NCBI GenBank assembly: GCA_019244185.1
Contig: JAFATB010000010.1
Location: forward strand, 32,001 to 96,000
Length of the DNA stretch: 64,000 bases
From: Acidobacteriota bacterium
GTDB taxonomy: Bacteria; Acidobacteriota; Thermoanaerobaculia; Gp7-AA8
Reading direction: 5' to 3'
Below the pieces are notes generated by a model. The model worked only from the letters and a program-made list of their open reading frames with translations. It did no database searches and had not been told where the DNA came from. The position numbers were made by a program, and so were the translations under genes. Below are positions 38,701 through 46,809 of the stretch, in pieces (the first letter of the stretch is position 1; every line of letters starts with the position of its first letter).

Positions 38701-41682
38701 GTTGCCCGAAATCGTGGCGCCGGAGTTGATGGTGAAGAGCGCCGTCGGACTGAAGTTCGGCGGCAGCGGATTCGCGTCGTCGGCGACGAGGTCGACGTTC
38801 GACGAGCCGTTGTTGGTGATGCTCGCGCCGATGGTGAGGTCGTCGCTGGAGATAGCCTGCACGCGGTTCGCGACCGCCGCCGGCACGACCAGCGGCTGCT
38901 GCACGATGAGGTTGCCGTCGCTGCCGCTGCCGCGCACGTTCAGCGTCACTTCGCCGCCGACCGCGTTGTCCGTTTCGTCCGCAGCGTCTCCGACGAAGCG
39001 CGGCCAGAACTGGGCATCGCTGATCGTGGCGTTCGTCGCGCCGGGGCCGGCGACGAAGTCGAGCGTGCCGGTGGTCAGCGAGACCGGCGCGCTGCTCAGC
39101 GTGCCGAGCGTGCGATGGCCGAGCCACCACATGTTCGGCGGGTTCGGCAGCGCGGGCACGTCGACGAGGCTCGTCTCGCCGGTGACGGTGATGCTGCAGC
39201 TGCCGGTGACGCCTGCCTGCGTCGGTCCGAAGCCGCTGCCGTTGAAGGGCGCGCCGCCGTGGCCGACCTGCGCGTAGTCAGTGCCCTGATCGTCGGTGCC
39301 GGCGAGCACGTCGAGATTCGTATGAGCGATCACCGAGAGAGCGCCGGAGAGCGGTCCTTGCGTCGCGGCGTCGTTGCCGTCCTGATAAATCTCACCGCCA
39401 TGACCGATCTGCGCGTAGCCGATGAGCGATGGTCCGCCCTGGACGAGCACATGATTGGCTTCGACGGTGAGCGCACCGCTCGCGCTCGTGAGCGTCGCCC
39501 CGCCCTGCAGTCCGTAGGTGCCGCCGCCGTTTCCGATCTGCGCGTACGCGGCGAGATTGCTTCCCGCGCGCACTTCCACATCGCCGTCCGCGGTGATGGT
39601 GATCGCGCCGCTCACCGCTCCGCGTACCGCGGTTTTGCCGGCGACATTTCCGTTGATGCCGCCGCCGTGACCGATCTGCGCGTACGTCAGCGAACGCACC
39701 GAGACATCGGAGCCGCCGGTGACGTGCACGTAACCTGTCGCGTGGATGGCGATGTCGCCGGTCGCGGCGCCGGTCTGGCCGACGCCATACAGCACGCCAC
39801 CGTGGCCGATCTGGCCGGTGCCGGAGTGGGTGCCGGCGAACACGGCGAGGTTCGCCGCGTTCACATGAATGTCGCCTGTCTGCGTGCCGAGCGTGGCTGG
39901 CGCGAGCGCGGCGTTGCCGGAATCGGTGGTGGTCACGATGTTGCCGCCATGGCCGATCATCACGTCGCCGAGTCCGAACTGCGGGCGGTTGTCGAGGGTG
40001 ACGTCGCCGCTGATGTCGACGGTGATGTTGCCCGAGAGATTGCCCTGATGGGAGGCGCCGAAGCGCACGCCGCCTCCGTGGCCGATCTGCACGTAGGTCG
40101 CGGAGCCGGACCCGCCGGCGCCGGTCATCGACAGCGACGCGCCGGTGACGCTGATGTCGCCGCCGGCGGTTCCGCGCGTGGCGCCCTGACGGAGGTCGCC
40201 GCCGTGTCCGATCTGACAATAGCCGAGCGACTTGCCGCCCAGCATCGTGATCGCGCCCGCGACGGTGACGTCGATGGCGCCGGCCAGATTGCCCTGGTTC
40301 ACGCCCACGGATTGCGCGATGTCGACCGGTCCGCCGTGTCCGATCTGCGCGTAGCGGAACCGATCGATGCCCTGAGCGGCGGTCATGGTCAGCGTGCCTT
40401 TTGCGGCGACGTGGATCGGACCGTTCGCGCTGTCGTTGGCGACGATGATGTGATATCCAATCATTCCGAACGAGTCGCTGAGCACCGCGGCCGTGCTGCC
40501 GAGCACCGAAACGTTGCGTGCGCGAACCGCGGTCGCCTGCTGGCGGCTGCCGAACGCGGCGCCCGGCGCGAAGAGCGTCGTGCCGGTGCCCATGACGAAC
40601 GCGTCGCCGGTGCCGTTGCCGTAGGCACTCGCCGCGACGACCGCGCCGTCGATGCCGGTGGTCGTCGTGCCGTCCCATCCGGCGATGCCGGCGACCGAAC
40701 CCGCGCCTGCGTTCTGCACCGCGCGCTGCACGATGAGATCGTCGTGCGCGAGCAGCCACAGGCTGTGCGCGGAGTTCCATACGACTTCCGCCTCGACGGA
40801 GATGTCGCCGTCGGTCGTGTCGCCGGTGATCGCCGCCTGCAGTCCCGTTCCCGGTCCGGCGGCGCTGGTGGTGTGCACGATGACGTCGTTCGTGGCGAGG
40901 AGCGCGACGAGATTGCCGGCGTCGAGCTGGCCCGTCGCGGCGCTGGGGCTGACGTCGCCGCCTGCCACGCTGATGCCGGTGTTCGTCCCGCTGAAGCTGC
41001 CGATGATGATGTTCGTCGGATCGAGCCGCACCACGCCGCCGCCGGTGTCGGCGTGCGAGGTGAACGCGAACGCGCGCCGCGCCTCGACCTCGATGCGGCC
41101 GCGTCCGAGGGCGCGCAATGTGCCGCGCGACCGGACGTCTGAAGCGTGCAGCAGAATGCGTCCGCCGTCTCCCTCCGCACCGCTGGCGTCGATCGTTGCG
41201 CGCGCGTCGATGTCGATGCCATCCGTGCCGATCAGCGTCAGCTCGCCGCCCGCACCATCGCGACGCGCGAGGTCGAGCTGGGTCGCGCCGCGGAGCGCGA
41301 TGTTCCGCGCTTCGAGCCGCAGATGCGAGCCCGGCCCGTCCAGGCGGCAGTCGTCCGCGCGAATGTCGCCGCGCGAATGAATGCGAAAGGTTCCGGACGG
41401 CAACGACCAGCGACCCTCGAGGCGCGCGCTGTCCTGCAGTTCGAGTTCCGCGGTGCCATGTTGCCGGGCAACGGCCGCGATCAAACGCGGGTCGAGCGCG
41501 ACGTCGTCTGGCATCGCATCGACTTCCACCCGCCCGTTCCGGACGTGTAGCTCCGCGGCCGTCAGTTGCCGCACGCCTGCCGGCGGCCGCACGGTGAGGT
41601 GCACCTCGGCACCGTACAGAAAGGGGGCCACCAGAAAGGACAGGAGGAGGGAAATCCAGGCGGCAGGGCGCAGACCATTCAT
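35704..41682 (-). CDS. 1992-aa surface protein: haemagglutinin-like region, QIGHGG repeats, seven DUF11 domains, IPTL-CTERM tail
   Basis: Signal peptide; LDPTNIII motif; nine [IV]G[HN]GG repeats; ADLSVTK..PDPVTPG..LTYTITV units; ends VIPTASTYGLLFLAAALFGLALLRLR; RBS AAGGAG. Confidence 0.88.
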   Translation of the reverse strand: MNGLRPAAWISLLLSFLVAPFLYGAEVHLTVRPPAGVRQLTAAELHVRNGRVEVDAMPDDVALDPRLIAAVARQHGTAELELQDSARLEGRWSLPSGTFRIHSRGDIRADDCRLDGPGSHLRLEARNIALRGATQLDLARRDGAGGELTLIGTDGIDIDARATIDASGAEGDGGRILLHASDVRSRGTLRALGRGRIEVEARRAFAFTSHADTGGGVVRLDPTNIIIGSFSGTNTGISVAGGDVSPSAATGQLDAGNLVALLATNDVIVHTTSAAGPGTGLQAAITGDTTDGDISVEAEVVWNSAHSLWLLAHDDLIVQRAVQNAGAGSVAGIAGWDGTTTTGIDGAVVAASAYGNGTGDAFVMGTGTTLFAPGAAFGSRQQATAVRARNVSVLGSTAAVLSDSFGMIGYHIIVANDSANGPIHVAAKGTLTMTAAQGIDRFRYAQIGHGGPVDIAQSVGVNQGNLAGAIDVTVAGAITMLGGKSLGYCQIGHGGDLRQGATRGTAGGDISVTGASLSMTGAGGSGSATYVQIGHGGGVRFGASHQGNLSGNITVDISGDVTLDNRPQFGLGDVMIGHGGNIVTTTDSGNAALAPATLGTQTGDIHVNAANLAVFAGTHSGTGQIGHGGVLYGVGQTGAATGDIAIHATGYVHVTGGSDVSVRSLTYAQIGHGGGINGNVAGKTAVRGAVSGAITITADGDVEVRAGSNLAAYAQIGNGGGTYGLQGGATLTSASGALTVEANHVLVQGGPSLIGYAQIGHGGEIYQDGNDAATQGPLSGALSVIAHTNLDVLAGTDDQGTDYAQVGHGGAPFNGSGFGPTQAGVTGSCSITVTGETSLVDVPALPNPPNMWWLGHRTLGTLSSAPVSLTTGTLDFVAGPGATNATISDAQFWPRFVGDAADETDNAVGGEVTLNVRGSGSDGNLIVQQPLVVPAAVANRVQAISSDDLTIGASITNNGSSNVDLVADDANPLPPNFSPTALFTINSGATISGNVRLFAVSHAQFFPGTYTPPATAFSVWHDQSGVPVVGINFKAAPAADVSVTKTDSPDPVTPGNNLTYSIGVTNSGPDAAATVSLTDTLPAGTTFVSLASPGGWSCTTPVVGNGGTVTCTIASFTGGASFTLVVNVDPAATASSTISNTASVSSSTADTNNGNDSATSTTTVGAASADLSVTKTDAPDPVTPGNDLTYTITVANAGPSVASTVALTDALPSGTTFVSLSSPAGWSCTMPSVGSNGTVTCNATSFTAGNAAFTLVVNVDPAQTGTISNTASVTSATADPNTGNESATSSTTVDAPSADVSIAKVDTPDPVTPGSNLTYTITVTNGGPSVASTLAMTDTLPSGTTFVSLASPAGWSCTTPAVGASGTVTCNATTLVVGDAVFTLVVNVDAAQTTTISNTASVTSATTDPNPGNESATAATALGTATADLAITKTDDVDPVTPGTNLTYTITTMNAGPSNAASVQLTDTLPAGTTFVSLASPGGWSCTTPAVGANGSITCSIGVLTPGNAVFTLVVHVGSTVAPATVLSNTATVTSSTSDPNTGNESATQTTTVGAASADLSITKSGSPDPITPDNDLTYTITVANAGPSVASTLAVSDTLPTGTTFVSLASPGGWSCTTPAVGAAGTVNCTNASFDLGNAVFTLVVHVGASVSSGTILNNTATVTSSTADPNTGNETAKTATTVGSSVTADLAVSKTATPDPVTPNADLTYTITVTNAGPSTATGVSLTDALPANTTFVSFSKPAAWSATTPAAGGTGTVTATLASMPPGSAVFTLVVHVGAAVTPGTTISNTAVVSSATTDPAPGNESATATTNVVAPTSVIVHGTKSASGTFQAGSTVTYTIVLTNSGASAQTNNSGNEFTDVLPAALTLVNASASSGTATATVATNTVTWNGGIAAGGSVTITIHATINPAAPPGTLISNQGTFMYDSDANGTNDTSGVTDDASVAGGTNPTVFAVAAAASAAVIPTASTYGLLFLAAALFGLALLRLR
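35840..38568 (-). repeat. Intragenic tandem DUF11 repeats (six similar ~390-bp units plus one divergent)
   Basis: Units start at 38568, 38178 and onward, each with SVTK / LTDTLP / WSCTTP..C / ISNTASV. Confidence 0.85.
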
Positions 41683-41805
41683 TACGTAACTCCTTCAATC
41701 ACCGTGGGATACGGGGGCCTGACCCGTCCACGGTAGGTGCAGCCGCGCTCGGCGGCGGTTACGAAGGAGTGAGCGTGTTGCGAACGAACGGACGCACGGA
41801 TCGGG

Positions 41806-42633
41806 TCACGCTGTAGCGCCGCCGGCGTCGCCGGTCACGCGCAATCGCTGCGCGCGAATGCGGCGGATGCGGCGGAAGGTCTCGTACGCGACGGTGGCGA
41901 TGGCGAACCAGAGCAGGCCCGCGGCGAGACCGGCGCAGACGTCGGAGAACCAGTGCACGCCGAGGTAGACGCGGGAGATGCAGATGCCGGCGGTGAGCGA
42001 CCACGCGAATGCGAGCGCGGTGGCGCGCGTGCGCCAGCCGTGCAGCAGGCGGAATGCGACGTAGCTCAGCGCGCCGAACGCGACGGCGGAGCCCATCGCG
42101 TGGCCGCTCGGAAACGAGTAGCCGTGCGCGCGGCGCAGCGCCTCCGCGAGCTCGGGACGCGCGCGCGCGAAGTAGAGCTTCAGCTCGAGATTGATCAAAC
42201 CGCCGAGGGCCGTCGTGGTGACGACGTACACGCCCCACGCGAGATGTTTGCGCAGCGCGAGCAGCACGCCGGCGACGATGACGATGCCGGCCACGACGCC
42301 CGGCGTGCCGATGATCGTCAGCGTGACGAAGAATGTGGTCGCGCCCTGCGAGCGCGTCGTCGCCGCCCACGCGTGCATCTCGGTGTCCATGTGCTCGAGG
42401 CGCGGCGCGTTTGCGTGCACGCGCTCGGCGATGTCGAGAAACGCGTCGCCCGCGATCGCGGTGATGACGAGGCCCGCCGCGACGATGACGAGCACGGGCA
42501 GGTAATCGCGATAGCGGAAGTGTGTCGTCCAGCGCGAGGTGACCGCGAGCACCCGCGCCAGCGCGGGACCAGTCGCATAGAAGAACGTCCAGAGGATGAC
42601 GAAGAGCAGCGCGAAGAGGAGGATGAAGAGCAA
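41806..42633 (-). CDS. PAP2 family phosphatase
   Basis: KLYFARARP, SFPSGHAM, SRVYLGVHWFSDV; TTG start. Confidence 0.92.
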   Translation of the reverse strand: MLFILLFALLFVILWTFFYATGPALARVLAVTSRWTTHFRYRDYLPVLVIVAAGLVITAIAGDAFLDIAERVHANAPRLEHMDTEMHAWAATTRSQGATTFFVTLTIIGTPGVVAGIVIVAGVLLALRKHLAWGVYVVTTTALGGLINLELKLYFARARPELAEALRRAHGYSFPSGHAMGSAVAFGALSYVAFRLLHGWRTRATALAFAWSLTAGICISRVYLGVHWFSDVCAGLAAGLLWFAIATVAYETFRRIRRIRAQRLRVTGDAGGATA

Positions 42634-42644
42634 ACGTGCGCAGT

Positions 42645-44258
42645 TTATCTGCTGCGCGCGGCGTAGATGGCTTTCAATTCATCGATGCGCCCCTGCACCG
42701 AGTCGAGCGCGTCCGTGACCCAGCGCGCATCGTGGATGTCGATGCCGGCGCGCCGCAGCAGGACGTCCGGCGCGTCGACGGCGCCGCTCGCGAAGAGCGT
42801 GCGGTACGCGGGGAGGAACGCGTTCGGATCGCGCACGTACCGCGCGTACAAGGCGAGCGAGAGCAACCCCGCCAGCGTGTAGTTGACGTCGTAGAACGGG
42901 TCGTCCCACATCAGCCGCACGTTCGTCCACTTCAGCTCGCGCGGCAGATAGCGCGCGCCGACGCGTTGCGCGAGCGCGTCGATCGCATCGGCATCGCGAA
43001 TCGTTCCCGCCGCGACGCCGTCGTACAGCTCCTGCTCGAGCGCCGCCTCGGCCGCGGTGACGAACACGATGCCCATGCCTTTCGACTCGAGGAACTGCTC
43101 GAGGAAGAACGCCTTTCGCGCGGGATCCTGCTCGCGGTCCGCAAGCCACGCGGGCAGGAGCAGTTCGTTGAACATGGCGAACGTTTCGGCGAGGAACTTC
43201 GGCTGCCCGGCGATCGACACCGGCGCGACACCGCGACGTCCTTCGAGCTCCGACTGCAGCGCGTGCGTCGACTCGTGCGCCACGACGCGCATGTCGTTGA
43301 ACGTGCCGTTGAACGCGGGCATGAAGAAGACGCTCGGAAATCCGGGGAAGCCTTTCGAGAAACCGCCGCGCCGTCGATGCTCGCCCGGTCCGGCGTCGAA
43401 ACGCCCGTTCGCCGGATCGAGCAGCGCGTTCAGCTCCGTCACGTATTCGGCGCCGTTCGGCGCCAGCGCCCGCGGCAGGATTGCGCGCACTTCGTCGAAC
43501 GTGAACTTCGGCGCGACGGCAACATCCGCATGCGCCGCGCGCATCGCGGCGTACTGCTTGTAGCGCTCCGCCTCGCGCGCCAGCGCGTCGAGCAATCGCG
43601 TGACGTCCGCTTTCGCGAGTCCGCTCCGCGCGTAGACCTCGGACGCCGCGTCGTCGTAGCCGCGCAGTTTCGCGACGGCGTTCCGCGCACGCGCCAGCGC
43701 GACGAGCGAGAACGCGTAGAGCTCGCGCTTGTCCGCCGCGGACGCTGCGCTCGCGTCGAGACGATCTTTGAGATCGGCTTGCCAGGTCGTGGTGAACGGC
43801 TCGAGCGTCGCCACGACGTCTTCCTGCGCCTGCGCGAGCCGGTGCTTCGCCTGTTCGCGCGCGACCGCGAAGAACCAGCGATACCGCGCCGGCACGCGCG
43901 ACTCCGGCACCTTCGCCGCCTCGGCCGCGAAGAACGCGGTGTGCTGGTCGTACTCCGCGGAAAGCGTTTCCTCCGCTTCTTTCGCGCGCGCGTTCGTCGT
44001 GTCGACCGCGGCGCGCAGATAGAGATACGCGTCGAGCCGCTGCACCGCGCGCTCGAGCGCGTCGAAGCGTGCAGCCGCTTCCGCGGGATCATCCGCGACG
44101 TGCCCGCGCAAGGCGTCGAAGCGCGCGAGCGCGGCGCGGTAGTCGCTCCATTGCTGCTCTTCCGGCGGGAACACGCGACCGAAGTCGAGGTGCTGCGCGT
44201 GCAGTCCTGTCGCAAACAGCATCGCCGCGAACAGGAGAATCGCGAGCAGGCGGCTCAT
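42645..44258 (-). CDS. Secreted M3 family (oligoendopeptidase F-like) metallopeptidase
   Basis: Signal peptide; AHESTHAL (HExxH), LAETFAMFNELLL, FYDVNY. Confidence 0.82.
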   Translation of the reverse strand: MSRLLAILLFAAMLFATGLHAQHLDFGRVFPPEEQQWSDYRAALARFDALRGHVADDPAEAAARFDALERAVQRLDAYLYLRAAVDTTNARAKEAEETLSAEYDQHTAFFAAEAAKVPESRVPARYRWFFAVAREQAKHRLAQAQEDVVATLEPFTTTWQADLKDRLDASAASAADKRELYAFSLVALARARNAVAKLRGYDDAASEVYARSGLAKADVTRLLDALAREAERYKQYAAMRAAHADVAVAPKFTFDEVRAILPRALAPNGAEYVTELNALLDPANGRFDAGPGEHRRRGGFSKGFPGFPSVFFMPAFNGTFNDMRVVAHESTHALQSELEGRRGVAPVSIAGQPKFLAETFAMFNELLLPAWLADREQDPARKAFFLEQFLESKGMGIVFVTAAEAALEQELYDGVAAGTIRDADAIDALAQRVGARYLPRELKWTNVRLMWDDPFYDVNYTLAGLLSLALYARYVRDPNAFLPAYRTLFASGAVDAPDVLLRRAGIDIHDARWVTDALDSVQGRIDELKAIYAARSR

Positions 44259-44284
44259 GCCGCAACGCTACGCCGCGCTCGCGT

Positions 44285-44983
44285 TCAGTTCTTGGAGAAA
44301 ACACGCGCGCGGCGGTACGCGCGCGGCGTCATGCCGGTGCAGCGGCGGAATGCGTTCGAGAGATGGCTCTGGTCGTAGAAGCCGCACGCGAGCGCGACGT
44401 CGGCGAGCGACTCGCCGCGCAGGATCGCGCGACGCGCACGTTGCACGCGCGTGGCCAGGAGGAACTCGATCGGATTGCAGCCGTACGCCGCGCGGAACGC
44501 GCGCGTGAGCGTCGCCGGATGCAGTTCGACCGCGGCGGCGATGTCGCTGATGCGCAGCGGTTCGTCGAAGCGCGAGGCGAGCAACGCGCGCGCCTCGCGA
44601 ACGCGCGCATCGTGTGCGGCGCCGTCGGGATGGAGCAGCTCGCCGAGGATCTGCAAGAGGACGCCGTGGGCGAGCGCTTGCGACACCGAGTCATTGCGGC
44701 GCAGCTCGCGCGCGAGGCGCGGCACGAGTGCGGTCGTGCCGAGACGCGTCGAGGGTGGAGGGGTGTCGACTTCGAGGGCGACGTAGCGCGTCGGCGCGAG
44801 GAAGCGGTCGGCGTGTGTTTCCTCGGCGGCGCGGAGGATCACCGTCGCGGCGTCGCAGTTGCGCGTGCGGCGGCCGCAGGTCTCGTCGAACGCGCCTTCG
44901 AGCACGACCACGAGGTGCGCGGAGGCGTGCGCGTGCGGCACGAGGCGTTCGCCCGCGCGCCAGGTGGACTCGAGGAAGGGCAT
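44285..44983 (-). CDS. AraC family transcriptional regulator
   Basis: Cupin HAH..HLVVVLEG; LHPATLTRAFRAAYGCNP; LADVALACGFYDQSHLSNAFRRCTGMTP; TGATG coupling to the upstream gene. Confidence 0.92.
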   Translation of the reverse strand: MPFLESTWRAGERLVPHAHASAHLVVVLEGAFDETCGRRTRNCDAATVILRAAEETHADRFLAPTRYVALEVDTPPPSTRLGTTALVPRLARELRRNDSVSQALAHGVLLQILGELLHPDGAAHDARVREARALLASRFDEPLRISDIAAAVELHPATLTRAFRAAYGCNPIEFLLATRVQRARRAILRGESLADVALACGFYDQSHLSNAFRRCTGMTPRAYRRARVFSKN

Positions 44984-46794
44984 CAGAAGCCGCCGCTCAT
45001 GTACTTCCACTGCACGATCTTCTCGTTGATCTCGCGCAGGCGCCGGCTGATCATCCGGCAGAGCAGGTTGAGGAACTGCAGCGACGCGTGCGGATCCATC
45101 GAGAGGATCTCGTTCAGCGTCGCGCGGTCGATCGAGAGCACCGTGGCGTCGACCTCGTGCGCCTTCGCGTCGGCGGAGCGCGGTTTGTCGTCGATGAGCG
45201 CCATCTCGCCGAAGAAGTCGCCGCGATCGAGCACCGTGAGCGCTTCCTCGCCGACGCCGGGGATGAACTTCGAGATGCGCACGCGGCCGTCGAGGACGAT
45301 GTAGAGCTTGTCGCCCTTCTCCCCCTCGCGGAAGATCATCGAGCCTTCGCGGAAACGCTCTTCCGACGAGAACGTGGCCAGCAGTTTCATTTCCGCCGCC
45401 GACAATCCGCGTTCCCGGAACAGATCGACCTTGTCTTCCGACTTCACGGTGACCTGCTCGACCTCGCGCGTGCCTTCGGCGCGTTTGCGGCCCGCGCCTT
45501 TCTTCGCGTCTTCCTGGAAGAAGAGCTTGAGCTGTTCGTTCGCGTCGCGGACTTTTTCCGTCAGCGAGCGCCAGAACGCCCAATGCAGGCCGACGGCGAG
45601 CTCCTTGTCCTCGTCCATCAGCTGATCGAGCGCGCTGAAGGAGAAGGTGTAGCAGGCGGACGATTCCGTCGCCAGCGCATCACTCGAGCGATGCGTGCGG
45701 TCGATGAAGTTCATCTCGCCGAAGATGTGATCGGGCGTCAGCGCGCCGAGGATCTGCGGGCCGAAGGGCGTCTCCTTGCGGATCTCGATGCGGCCGTCGC
45801 GGACGACGTAGAAGTCCATCGACTTGTCTTCTTCCTTGAAGACGTAGTCGCCGTTGGTGAAGCCTTCGACGCGCGCGAGCTTCGAGAGGCGGATGATCTG
45901 CTCGTCCTTCATGTGCTGAAAGACGCTGAGTTTGCGCAGTTCGTGAGACGTGGCGATGAGATCCTCGCGCTTTTCCGCGGCGCGCGTGATTTTGTTGAGG
46001 ATCTCTTTGAGGTCTTTGCGGCTGTCGAGACGGAAGAGGTTTTCCTTGCGGAACTCGAGGCGCTCGGTGGAGAGCTGCAGCTGTTCGACGCGCTCCTTGA
46101 TGCGCGCGTTGAGACCCTTGGTGTCGAGGTTCTCGATGCGCTTGAGCGTGTTGATCATGCGGCGCGTCGGCTCGGTGGACTCGCCTTTCTGATCGGTCGC
46201 GAGGAGGAACGCGTCGATGAAGTCGTCGAGCGAGCGGTCGAAGTTCTTGATCTCGAACTCGATGCGGCCGGAGATCTCGGCGAGGCCGCGGTCGAACGGA
46301 TTGAGCTTGCGCGCGGCGGCGATCTCCTCGTGCGCGCATTCCCATTCGCCCTGCGAGTAGTAGAGGCGGCCGAGGATCTCGAAGGGACGGTAGTTGTTCG
46401 GCGTCTTCAGCTTCGCGATCTCGAGGAGCTCGATGGCTTTCGAGGTCTGGTCCTTGGCCATGTAGTACTGGGCGAGGCCGACGTACTGCGAGGAGTCGAC
46501 TTCATCACGTCCGCGCTCGGCGGCGAGCTCGCTGCGCACGCTCGCGTAGCGCGCTTCTTCCGCCGCGCGCTTCTGGTCGCGCACGCGCGCGAGATTGATC
46601 CGCAACGAGACCGAGCCCGGCTTGAGCTTCTCGGCCATCTCGTACAGATGGATCGACTCGTCGTACATCCCCTGATCCGCGTAGCGCCGCGCGAGCACGA
46701 GCAGATCGTCCGCCTCGATCGGAACATTCGCCTCCGCGGCCAGCGTGCGGAACCGGGCGCGGGAGGCGGGGCCGGGGGAGGGAGCGTCGGGCAT
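44983..46794 (-). CDS. TPR protein with two tandem cyclic-nucleotide-binding domains
   Basis: TPR helices, then FKEEDKSMDFYVV..FGEMNFIDRTHRSSDA and FREGEKGDKLYIV..FGEMALIDDKPRSADA. Confidence 0.88.
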   Translation of the reverse strand: MPDAPSPGPASRARFRTLAAEANVPIEADDLLVLARRYADQGMYDESIHLYEMAEKLKPGSVSLRINLARVRDQKRAAEEARYASVRSELAAERGRDEVDSSQYVGLAQYYMAKDQTSKAIELLEIAKLKTPNNYRPFEILGRLYYSQGEWECAHEEIAAARKLNPFDRGLAEISGRIEFEIKNFDRSLDDFIDAFLLATDQKGESTEPTRRMINTLKRIENLDTKGLNARIKERVEQLQLSTERLEFRKENLFRLDSRKDLKEILNKITRAAEKREDLIATSHELRKLSVFQHMKDEQIIRLSKLARVEGFTNGDYVFKEEDKSMDFYVVRDGRIEIRKETPFGPQILGALTPDHIFGEMNFIDRTHRSSDALATESSACYTFSFSALDQLMDEDKELAVGLHWAFWRSLTEKVRDANEQLKLFFQEDAKKGAGRKRAEGTREVEQVTVKSEDKVDLFRERGLSAAEMKLLATFSSEERFREGSMIFREGEKGDKLYIVLDGRVRISKFIPGVGEEALTVLDRGDFFGEMALIDDKPRSADAKAHEVDATVLSIDRATLNEILSMDPHASLQFLNLLCRMISRRLREINEKIVQWKYMSGGF

Positions 46795-46809
46795 GGGAGG
46801 AGTCATTAT

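Noticed and set aside
41683-41760. c-di-GMP or other known riboswitch before the adhesin gene
   Set aside because: No recognisable consensus by eye; kept only as an unexplained hairpin.
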